Origin: a virus
Virus record (IMG/VR): IMGVR_UViG_3300038678_000291
Coordinates: 1-64,000 of that record
DNA length: 64,000 nucleotides
Strand: one strand, 5' to 3'
Positions 9,138 to 17,309 of the stretch are shown here, piece after piece. Position 1 is the first letter of the stretch; the number at the start of each line of letters is the position of its first letter. The position numbers and the translations under genes were made by a program. Below the pieces are notes generated by a model, which was not told where the DNA came from, made no database searches, and saw nothing but the letters and a program-made list of their open reading frames with translations.

Positions 9138-10549
9138 GTAGCAGGTTCTCCCGTCTCTGGTTTATCCAGGAATTTTATATATTCAGGAGCATATACATCT
9201 ACCATCCCGTCCTCATGTTCAACAGTTCCCAGACATCCAGCATCGTCACCATCTTGCCATTGAAACCAGCCGTGAAATAATCCTGTTTTGATTTCATATG
9301 ACTCGGCTCTGTTTATAGGTCCCCCCTCACTATATTCTACTCTGCGCAACTCCATAAATCCTCCCCGGCTGAGTTCAACCGTCAAGTTCTACTTGACAGT
9401 TGCTCTTAGTTATTCACACCACCGCAATGCCACACATGCATTTATCATGGCCACCGTATCTCCCGCCTCCATAACATCCTTAGCGGCGTTTATACCGTTT
9501 TGTATCATTTTCGCACCGAATGATCCGGCAGGGAATTGGTTGTATTCCCTCACCAACTCCAAGCAACGGGAAATCTCCTGTTTCAATCCGTCTATTAGGT
9601 TCATGGCAAGCATCCACTGAAAGGGTGTAGACAGATTGCCCACTCCCTTGTTTGCCCCTGGCAGCAGGGGCGAACTTCCCCAGCCCGCCCCGTTCCCTTA
9701 AAGGTGCTGCCCATGTGTTCTGTGTTAATCTCTGTTCCTGTACTTTGCGTTTCGCATACTTTGGCGTTCGCTACTTTTTCGCCCCGTCCGCTTTAGCTTG
9801 GCTTTCGGTTTCCGTTGGGTGTCCTACTCGCCGTCGCTCCACACTGGGGCTACTTTTCGCTACTTACGGTTTCGCTACTTTGCGTTTCGGCTACTGAGAG
9901 ATTAACGGGAACAGTAATCCTTACATCTGCCACGATTTTCACCTCCTCTTCTGTTATTTTGAAATTGCCAACCTCAAAGCAAATATTAAAATCCTCATAG
10001 CCAAATTCAGCCATACCCTTGTTGATTGAGGTTGCCAACTCTTGATAAGCATTTAAGACTATATTTATTATAGGAGATTTGACTTCCATTTCATGCCTTT
10101 AATAGGCCCGAGGATAGTTCCCATATGCCCAAAGAAAGAGGCCATAGCCATGCCACATAAACCATGTCATTCCTTCCCGGAGCAGTTCCCGTAATATAAT
10201 TTGATTTCATTGGGTCATAATCTTGTACTATCCCCCTGTCATCATTTTTGTCTACCCTTATAACTCTATCACCTGACTCAAGATTCCTTTTCACTGTAAC
10301 CTCCCATGTTAATATCTTGGTTATATGGTGGGGGTGGGTAGATTTGAACTAAAATTTACTCACGGCTTGTATCATCTTCCCTAATGCCTCAACCTCTTTT
10401 CTGTGATTTTCATAAATCTTCCGTGCATGTAAATACAATTTTTCTGCCTCTTCCCTTTCACCGATTTCCTCTAAATATTTGCCGTGTCGATGAACCAAGC
10501 ATGATAGCAAACTGTCTACCCGAATAAAAAAATCTCTCATTTCCATCAT
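9134..10549 (-). CDS. Run of small hypothetical early genes (9134-9385, 9410-9643, 9850-10089, 10091-10294, 10349-10549)
   Basis: Tightly packed, co-oriented ORFs, several with a good RBS. Confidence 0.5.
9740..9895 (-). repeat. Cluster of about 7 AAGTAGCGAA-like direct repeats
   Basis: ttcgctactt at 9767, 9856 and 9871, variants at 9751 and 9886; tactttgcgtttcg identical at 9741 and 9876. Confidence 0.75.
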
Positions 10550-10578
10550 GACTTACCTCATAAAAGTCATGCTTTTTG

Positions 10579-10653
10579 TGGTGGAGACAGAAGGACTCGA
10601 ACCTTCGCACCTCTGCTTATGGGGCAGATGCTCTACCGCTGAGCTATGTCTCC
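10579..10653 (-). tRNA. tRNA with CAT anticodon (elongator Met or Ile2), encoded CCA, C at position 33
   Basis: GGAGACA/TGTCTCC acceptor, GCTC/GAGC D-arm, TCTGC-CCCATAA-GCAGA anticodon arm, GAAGG-TTCGAGT-CCTTC T-arm, ACCA end. Confidence 0.93.
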
Positions 10654-10659
10654 CGTATT

Positions 10660-10754
10660 ATTCCCTGCGTGGTAGCGAGACCAGGCCATCCATAGGCTAC
10701 ATGCTTAGTGTTCCTGCTCCCAGGGGTGCATCCCACCGCAGGGAATCTTGTCAA
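10660..10754 (-). ncRNA. Closed-stem element (copy 1) directly upstream of the tRNA
   Basis: ATTCCCTGCG/CGCAGGGAAT terminal inverted repeat; accgcagggaatcttgtcaa identical to 20124-20143. Confidence 0.55.
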
Positions 10755-10757
10755 GTC

Positions 10758-10964
10758 CTATTCATCAACACCAACGAGAAGCTCTTTCCACGAAACCTTC
10801 AATGCCCTTTTAATCGATCTGAGGGTTAAGAAGGTGGGGTTGAGCAGTCTACCCGTTTCTATTTTTGATAAATATCCCCTCTCCATCCCAGTCTTTCCGC
10901 CTATATCCCCCTGGCTAAGATTCTTGCTTCTCCGTAATTCACCGATCCTCTCGCCGATTTTCAT
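10758..10964 (-). CDS. XRE-family HTH regulator
   Basis: IGERI.ELR....LSQ...YLSKIETG...NPT. Confidence 0.9.
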   Translation of the reverse strand: MKIGERIGELRRSKNLSQGDIGGKTGMERGYLSKIETGRLLNPTFLTLRSIKRALKVSWKELLVGVDE

Positions 10965-11400
10965 GGTTTTCCTCCTTGGTTTGTAGTGAGGGTGGATGGT
11001 CTGTCCACGCCCTCGGATTAAGATTCCTATATGTGTCCATTATATCAGCGGCAACTGTCCAGCTCAATGGATATTCGGGACCGCGCCCTCGCGGGCAATG
11101 CAACCGTTTCAGGCTAAGCATCCCTGCATTACCGGCTCTCAAAACAATATCCGGAGTTTTGCGATTGATTGTACCGTAAATCCGGCAAATCAATGGCCTC
11201 TCCGTATAATTGGAACACCCGGATTCTGTGAGATATTCACAGGCTGGCATGTTGGTCTTGTCACCCACCCCCATCGCTTTACGCTCCCAAAAGGTCATGG
11301 GAACTATCCCGCAGCAATCATGGCAGCCTGCCTTGCACTGCATAGGGGGGATCGCCCGCCTTAGGCCCATGATAATCCTGCGCTGTTTTTTCGGGTTCAT
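10939..11400 (-). CDS. YkgJ-like CxxxCxxCC zinc/iron-chelating protein
   Basis: CKAGCHDCC...CEYL...GCS.Y..RPLICRIYG. Confidence 0.85.
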   Translation of the reverse strand: MNPKKQRRIIMGLRRAIPPMQCKAGCHDCCGIVPMTFWERKAMGVGDKTNMPACEYLTESGCSNYTERPLICRIYGTINRKTPDIVLRAGNAGMLSLKRLHCPRGRGPEYPLSWTVAADIMDTYRNLNPRAWTDHPPSLQTKEENHENRREDR

Positions 11401-11720
11401 TTAGATTCCGGGTGGGGGAAAAATAATGTTCCTGGCCTTGCATTAATTGCAGCCTGAATTGCTATGGTATCATCGGTAACCCCATCTCCATAAAGGGTGG
11501 TTGATTCAAGAAAAATATCCTCTACTTTTTTGCCCAACACACCGCAGATTCTCAACGCCAGGGAAACGCTGGGCACAATCCTTCTGTTAATGATGCGGTT
11601 CATATACTCCCTCTTTACACCAACCCTTCTTGCCAATTCTGCCTGGGTCATGTTCATAGAAAGCAATGCCTGGCCGATATTGTTTCCTGGTGGGATTCTC
11701 CTCGTGTCTCTTGTTCCCAT
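11397..11720 (-). CDS. XRE-family HTH regulator with an appended GDGVTDDT..IQAAI tail
   Basis: MTQAELARRVGV...PSVSLALRI...VEDIF HTH, followed by a tailspike-type motif. Confidence 0.85.
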   Translation of the reverse strand: MGTRDTRRIPPGNNIGQALLSMNMTQAELARRVGVKREYMNRIINRRIVPSVSLALRICGVLGKKVEDIFLESTTLYGDGVTDDTIAIQAAINARPGTLFFPHPESK

Positions 11721-11740
11721 GATCTACTCCTTTCTTTTTG

Positions 11741-11922
11741 TTGTATGGTGGCTGGCAGGATTCTCACCTACAGCTTTGTATCATTTTAACCCTTTAATGG
11801 CTATAACCCACTTTGCGTTACAGGGAGTGGTTATGCCTCCCATCTCATCTAAGAGTTTAGAAAGGCGCGAAGAAGGCCAGTCTCCGCAAGTTTTATAGAG
11901 CTAAACCGCAGCCACCACACAA
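11741..11922 (-). ncRNA. tRNA-mimic element A
   Basis: 14-bp terminal stem TTGTGTGGTGGCTG/CAGCCACCATACAA (G-U pair only on the minus strand) plus T-arm-like GTAGG-TGAGAAT-CCTGC. Confidence 0.65.
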
Positions 11923-11960
11923 TTCCATGTTACTCTATGGGCAGGTTCTCCAGCAGGCGG

Positions 11961-12539
11961 TCATGCTATTTTGGTCTCCTGCCCTTTGTATATTATTGGG
12001 CTGGAAACGCCGTTTTCTTGCTTCAGCTTTTCCATTTTTTTCACAAAATCCGTGACTGGTTTTAATCCTACTGGTTCAAGGGGCAGCTCCCCCTGTATCC
12101 TTTCCATCTTCACGGTGATTATCTTACCCGTATTATGAAATAGCCAGCTAGCAAGCTCTTCACTGGTGTTTACATCCTCCAGGGTAAGCTGGAGAATGGC
12201 GACCACTTGATCATCCAGCTTCTTAACGACAACCACGGCTTTAGATAATCGCCTTGCCCCCAAGGGTATCCAATTACCTTCGCCTTCGCCAACCAAGCGA
12301 ATATCGTATACTTCGTTGAGCAACGGAATATTGCTATACTCAACCTTCTTTTCCTCAGCAAATGCAGGGTCAAGAAACCTCTCCAGCCGTATACCCATGT
12401 CGGCCATCTCTGCCGGACAATCATCAATTCTGGTCGCAAAACTAAACTTAGCGGATTTACAAACCGTTCCGCCCTCAATTGTATACTTTCCTAATTCTAC
12501 CTGTAGTTCCATTTCAGCCCTCCTTTTGTTAATATTCAC
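11961..12539 (-). CDS. Hypothetical protein (likely start ATG 12512)
   Basis: Long ORF; AGGAGG RBS before MELQVEL. Confidence 0.6.
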   Translation of the reverse strand: MNINKRRAEMELQVELGKYTIEGGTVCKSAKFSFATRIDDCPAEMADMGIRLERFLDPAFAEEKKVEYSNIPLLNEVYDIRLVGEGEGNWIPLGARRLSKAVVVVKKLDDQVVAILQLTLEDVNTSEELASWLFHNTGKIITVKMERIQGELPLEPVGLKPVTDFVKKMEKLKQENGVSSPIIYKGQETKIA

Positions 12540-12564
12540 AACAATCGACTGCCGCCCTTAGTTA

Positions 12565-13378
12565 ACAGTTGCAACACCTCACATTACTTTACCTCTCCTT
12601 GCTTTTACAATTCGGCACTGCACAACACTTCACTTCACATTGACTTAACCCTACGAAAGCGCATTCTGCCCTCGCTATGCTAAACGGGACCAGACTTTTG
12701 CTCTGCCGCCACAGTACCATACATCGCCAGGCTCTTACTGGACTTATCCTCGCTCTGCACCACCACTACCTCTCCTTACCATACAATACATATACTTTGC
12801 TTAACACTTCTCTGTTGTGCCTCTACCATATCTAACCCTTCTACACACAAACAAAACTAGACCGCTCCCTACATCACAGATACCTTGATCCACCTTGCCG
12901 TGCCCTTGCTTAACGTTTCCATACTAAACAAAACCCCCACGTATCCATACCATACAGCACTCTACGGAACTATACCCTTACCTCGCTGATCTTTGCCCTG
13001 CTGTGACTCTGCTACTCGGTACATCACTGCGCCCCGCCGTTACCTTACCCGACTGCACCTCGCAAATACTCGGCGGTACTCACGCCCAACCAAACCGAAC
13101 CTTACCCGACCTTGCCATCACTTGACTTCACATGACAGCACCGCGCTTTACTTAGACCCTACTCAACAGTACACTACACTTGCCTTACTAGACTTCACTA
13201 CACCGTAACCAAACCACACAGCACACATCAACACCCTGCCTTACCACAACCGTACCTTACCTGTCTGCACTATCACCTTACCTTGCTTTACCTTTCAACA
13301 CCCGACACTAGCTTTGATTTTCCCCACTTGGCCTGACCGTACATTGGCCTTTCTGTACTTTACCGGGCTACCACAAGA
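12565..13378 (-). repeat. Non-coding tandem NGY-NN pentamer array, candidate guide-RNA locus
   Basis: Minus strand parses as GGT-AA AGC-AA GGT-AA GGT-GAT AGT-GC ... GGC-AA GGT-CG GGT-AA GGT-TC GGT-TT GGT-TG ...; roughly 150 units; no credible ORF. Confidence 0.88.
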
Positions 13379-14083
13379 CTATTTTTTGGCATAAACATTG
13401 GTGGTGGTCATTTGGAAATAATCGCTTTTCTCCTTTTTCCAAAGCTCATACGAAAACGATCCATAGCGGGCTGTCCGCCACTGGGCAAGTCCAATGAACT
13501 GTCCATAGAGCAGCAATAGCCTCAATTGCTGTTCGCTGAGCAATCCCAATAATACGGTAATCTCAAGCTCCAATGAGCTTCCGGCCAGAATCTTATCTGA
13601 TCGGGCCACAAAAACCCGGGGGCCCTGCTTGGTTTGCCCGCGGAGGGGTCTTTCCAGGTTCCCGTCAGGCACCTTGATAAAATACCCCTCCCTGCTCTTG
13701 ACATGAAGCCGCCTTGGGCCTACCTGTACCAGGTTTGAGATATGGTGCCGGAGGTTGGTGATCCCTATCCCCTTGTTGGTTTTCAGGGTGTTACCTGCGT
13801 GCTTCAGGTACCCCCTTATCATATAATCATAGAAAAACAGCCCCTTATCGTCCTGGTGAAATCCTGTCCAACCCTTTTCCTCTTCGTTGAACTCCGACAA
13901 TGTATCCGTCTCATTATCCGTGACAGTTTGGGGTTTCTTGCTTTCTATGAACGCCTTGTAGACTTCCGGGTCCTTGGGGGCGGTTCCCAGGACATCCTCC
14001 AAGAAAGTCAATTTGGTGCCATAGACTGCACTGTCGAAAGTCAAGACCGCCGCTTCATCCTTCTTCTTTTTTTTCTCCGTCAT
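13379..14083 (-). CDS. Stand-alone Cas7/RAMP-like protein
   Basis: KLTFLEDVLGT first strand, FFYDYMIRGYLK (compare the Cas7 xxGxxIRGxLR helix), basic thumb ERPLRGQTKQGPR, C-terminal G-loop YGQFIGLAQWRTARYGSF; GGAGG RBS. Confidence 0.75.
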   Translation of the reverse strand: MTEKKKKKDEAAVLTFDSAVYGTKLTFLEDVLGTAPKDPEVYKAFIESKKPQTVTDNETDTLSEFNEEEKGWTGFHQDDKGLFFYDYMIRGYLKHAGNTLKTNKGIGITNLRHHISNLVQVGPRRLHVKSREGYFIKVPDGNLERPLRGQTKQGPRVFVARSDKILAGSSLELEITVLLGLLSEQQLRLLLLYGQFIGLAQWRTARYGSFSYELWKKEKSDYFQMTTTNVYAKK

Positions 14084-14101
14084 TTGTTTACCTCCTCCCG
14101 T

Positions 14102-15445
14102 TTAGTTAATCTTTGTGATCCTGCCACCTTCAATGACGATCCCGACATTGCCGGTCTCGTCAACTACTTCCATTAAGACGGTTAGGTCGTTCTCCCCGGC
14201 GAATTCATCTATAATCTTCATGTTGTCGCTATCCAGTGAGCTTCCCTCGTATATCCGGATCAGGCTTGCTTTTGGATTCATCTTCGCCGATATTGCCAGT
14301 CCAACCTTTATCCTTTCGGATTGGCTGCCCTGTGCCAGGGGTAACCCATTGAATCTGATCCCGGTCTCGTCAACACTTAATCCATGTATGGGGAATTTTG
14401 CCCCTTGCAATGCTCCGTCTTTTTGGTTATCTAGTTCTCCTATGTCATGGGTTAGATTGTTTGAATCATCGTGCAACGATTCAATCACCATTTTTAATGT
14501 AATTCTTTTTGACTGTTGGTTTTGGGCTTCCCTGATTTCCCTGTTCGTTTCCTCCGCCTCTGCTATTTTGAGTCCAATAGCATCGAAATCAGGATCGATT
14601 AAACCATCAAGTTGTTGCTGGAGACTATCCCGTAAGAAACTTTTTTTCTTGAATGATTCTTGTAATCCTGATAATTGTCTTTTATTGTCTTCAATGGCAA
14701 GCTCTAGTTCTACTATCTCGTTTTTAGTGACAGTAATTTCATCGTTATAATGCAGAACATCCTTGTTTGCTGCATCCAAGTCTTTCCGTATCTTGTCGTT
14801 ATTGGTTTTGATTTCTGATGCCTCACCATATTTTTGCGTAAGTTCGATTATACAAACCTCATCAACCAGCAAGTCGGGATTAGGCAGCTCTATCCCCGCC
14901 AACTCACCGTTTTTGTCTTTGGCGTTTCTGTTTACCCGGGTTCTCTCGTCATATAGAACTTGCCTGTCCCGCGCCAATTCATCAAGATCGATTTCCACCC
15001 CGGCCAGCTTCAATAATATATCCCTAGCCTTTTTGGGTTCTTTTAGCATCTTGCGAGTAAACTCAAGTGGATCGATTGTCAATGGCCCCAGTATATTGTC
15101 AAGCATTGTTTTGGGGCTTTTAAACTCAGCCCCATTTTTGCTTGTTAAGATTAGTTTAGATGCAAGCACATCGCCCTTCAGCAGCCAAAATTTCCTGGTG
15201 GCTGTATATCCCTCCATCTCAACTACGACATACCCCTTTTTCTCGCCCCTGCTAATCGGTTCTGCCGGGCAGAGCGCAGTGCCCCCCACTACTATCGCAA
15301 AAAGATCAAGGGCAGTGGACTTCCCGGCATCATTTCTCCCCGATATCTTCACCACGTGTTTGCCTTGCAGGTCAATCTTTACCGCTTTGAGCTGCATGAT
15401 ATTGTGGGCTTCCAGTCCAATAACCCTACCGCCGCCGTCTTTCAT
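14102..15445 (-). CDS. SMC/Rad50-like AAA ATPase with coiled coil
   Basis: GRNDAGKS Walker A, long coiled coil, degenerate signature (QGSQSE) and IRIYEGSSLD. Confidence 0.85.
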   Translation of the reverse strand: MKDGGGRVIGLEAHNIMQLKAVKIDLQGKHVVKISGRNDAGKSTALDLFAIVVGGTALCPAEPISRGEKKGYVVVEMEGYTATRKFWLLKGDVLASKLILTSKNGAEFKSPKTMLDNILGPLTIDPLEFTRKMLKEPKKARDILLKLAGVEIDLDELARDRQVLYDERTRVNRNAKDKNGELAGIELPNPDLLVDEVCIIELTQKYGEASEIKTNNDKIRKDLDAANKDVLHYNDEITVTKNEIVELELAIEDNKRQLSGLQESFKKKSFLRDSLQQQLDGLIDPDFDAIGLKIAEAEETNREIREAQNQQSKRITLKMVIESLHDDSNNLTHDIGELDNQKDGALQGAKFPIHGLSVDETGIRFNGLPLAQGSQSERIKVGLAISAKMNPKASLIRIYEGSSLDSDNMKIIDEFAGENDLTVLMEVVDETGNVGIVIEGGRITKIN

Positions 15446-16294
15446 TTTAATCCCTCCATGTTTTCAATTAATTCTTGGATTTCATTGCCCAGGTCTAAAA
15501 AGCTATCATCGTCATAAGATTGACCCTCTTCTCTGATTGCAATGAGTTGGTTTGCCGCTATCATGGCCTCCCTGCGGCAGAGAATATATTCTAGTTCCAG
15601 CCTGGTCGCCAATAGCTTGATTGACAATAATTCATGCTCGTTCAATTTCACCTTACCTCCCTCGTTTCAGGGTAATGCCAGGTTTTACATCCATGTTTTT
15701 CACAACATATAATCTTACAAATCGTTGGATTTTTTTCTGGAATATCTGATGGTTTACACCATTCACATATATACTTAATTTTTTCGCTGTCTTTCATTTT
15801 ACCTCCTTCTTTCTTGGGCGAATTTCAACATCTGTTCACTGGAAATCAGCTTTTTCGTTAATAAATTGCCAAGAATGCTGTGCCGTTTTCTCCACCACTT
15901 TTCCCTTCTTTTTTCAAAAATGATTCCGTCTGAGGGATTAATTAAGCGGAATAAATCTTTAAACACTCTTAGCGTTGCCACATCTCCTGCTTTCACATAT
16001 GCCTTGTTTCCTGAAAGAATAGTCAACACCATCCCGGGCTTTTTTTGATAAACTTCGTTAAGAAAATCAAAATATTCGGTCGCTTTGCTTTCTGTTGTCA
16101 TTCTATTACACTTACCATTCTATGTGATCGGTAAACCCGCATTCAGGGCAGGTTACCGTGTCAGGGGGGTCTGTTGAATTATCCTCCGGGTCTGGCCCGC
16201 CGCCGCCTTGCAGCCTTAAACGCTCGCCGCATACCGGGCAAAAGAATTCTGGAGTTTTGTCGCCGTTTGTTTCTATCCAGTGAGTTGGCTTCAT
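15442..16294 (-). CDS. Small hypothetical genes (15442-15651, 15799-16101, Zn-ribbon 16112-16294)
   Basis: Co-oriented ORFs; CPVCG...CPECG in the last one. Confidence 0.5.
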
Positions 16295-16608
16295 TCCACG
16301 TATCTCCCTGTTCTGCCAGTTTCGTGGTCATAAAACTGTCCTCTCGCAAGTTTTATCGCAGGTTTTATGCCACTTGGCCGTGCCACCTCTCTGTATTTGG
16401 CATCCTCCCATTTCCCAATGATTTTCGCTAGGGGCACCCCTATTGCCCCTGCAATCTTGTTCATTGTGGATAAAGTAGGATTTGGAAGCCTACCCAATTC
16501 TATCCGGTTATAATAATCCCTGGTCAGTCCTGCTCGGAGAGCAACCTCAACCTGCTTCAGGTTAAGGTCAAGCCTGACTTTCCTGAAAAGTGATCCTATG
16601 TGCGTCAT
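16291..16608 (-). CDS. XRE-family HTH regulator
   Basis: LKQ.EVA..AGL...Y.NRIELG..PNPT. Confidence 0.88.
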   Translation of the reverse strand: MTHIGSLFRKVRLDLNLKQVEVALRAGLTRDYYNRIELGRLPNPTLSTMNKIAGAIGVPLAKIIGKWEDAKYREVARPSGIKPAIKLARGQFYDHETGRTGRYVE

Positions 16609-16847
16609 GATTTTTTCTCCCCATCATAAATAATAATCAACCTACAGTTTAGCGCCTTCAAAATCCTCTTTATCGTTTTTACCCCTGGATTTGGTGTTAG
16701 CCCTTTCTCAATATAAGATATTCCACGCGGTGCTATACCAGCTTTTTTCCCTAATTGTTCTATGGACAGACCGACATGCTCCCTATATATCCGGATTGCC
16801 TTGCCCACAGAGATTACTGGCGTTGAGGTTGTTTTGTCGTCTGTCAT
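16605..16847 (-). CDS. XRE-family HTH regulator
   Basis: GLS.EQL..KAGI....ISYIEKG..PNP. Confidence 0.88.
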   Translation of the reverse strand: MTDDKTTSTPVISVGKAIRIYREHVGLSIEQLGKKAGIAPRGISYIEKGLTPNPGVKTIKRILKALNCRLIIIYDGEKKS

Positions 16848-17047
16848 GGTTTATCCTCTCCTATCTGAAAGTAATGCTTGTTGCAATCACAAGGCTGCCA
16901 AAAACCGGCTTTGCAATCCAGCACACCTTCACCCCCGCAGGGATACAAGTCATCTATCCCGCAGGCACATAGCTTTGGATTAAATAACCCGTCGTAGCCG
17001 TTGGAGACAAGGTATTCTTTTATAATTTCTCTTCCCGTTAATGCCAT
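16844..17047 (-). CDS. Cys-rich hypothetical protein
   Basis: GYDGL...CAC..DDL.PC; AGGAG RBS. Confidence 0.6.
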   Translation of the reverse strand: MALTGREIIKEYLVSNGYDGLFNPKLCACGIDDLYPCGGEGVLDCKAGFWQPCDCNKHYFQIGEDKP

Positions 17048-17065
17048 AATAATCTCCTAAGTTAA

Positions 17066-17223
17066 TGCGGTGGCTGGACAGGATTCGAACCTGCTGTTTA
17101 ATGGGAACTTGGATAATATTACGGTCGTGGTAACCGTAGGCCATTATCACTTTTTACCCAACTTAACCCATCCTTTCTCTTCGTAAAGAGAGAGCGTTAG
17201 CCCACACGCCGCCGGCCACCACA
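17066..17223 (-). ncRNA. tRNA-mimic element B (158 nt)
   Basis: TGTGGTGGCCGG/CCAGCCACCGCA outer stem, D-arm-like GCGT..ACGC, canonical GCAGG-TTCGAAT-CCTGT T-arm, no normal anticodon arm. Confidence 0.7.
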
Positions 17224-17309
17224 AGTCTGTGTTTCCCGCCGTGTGCTCGCCCCGCCTCGTTACAACACTCCCTGCACCCATGCCTGGGCACCCCCAACGG
17301 CGAGTTGGT

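Noticed and set aside
12993-13208. 71-aa plus-strand ORF inside the pentamer array
   Set aside because: TTG start, no RBS, antisense to the operon; its T/R/L/H/P-rich sequence is the by-product of a 5-nt repeat
12565-13378. Canonical CRISPR array or microsatellite
   Set aside because: No 23-50 bp repeats with spacers and no exact tandem unit; only a triplet is conserved
14115-15536. Long plus-strand ORFs opposite the SMC-like ATPase (likewise 17305-18021 opposite recT)
   Set aside because: Antisense shadows of well-supported genes
17066-17223. Functional tRNA, intron-containing tRNA or tmRNA
   Set aside because: No 7-nt anticodon loop, no CCA at the stem end, too short for tmRNA or a self-splicing intron; kept as a tRNA mimic
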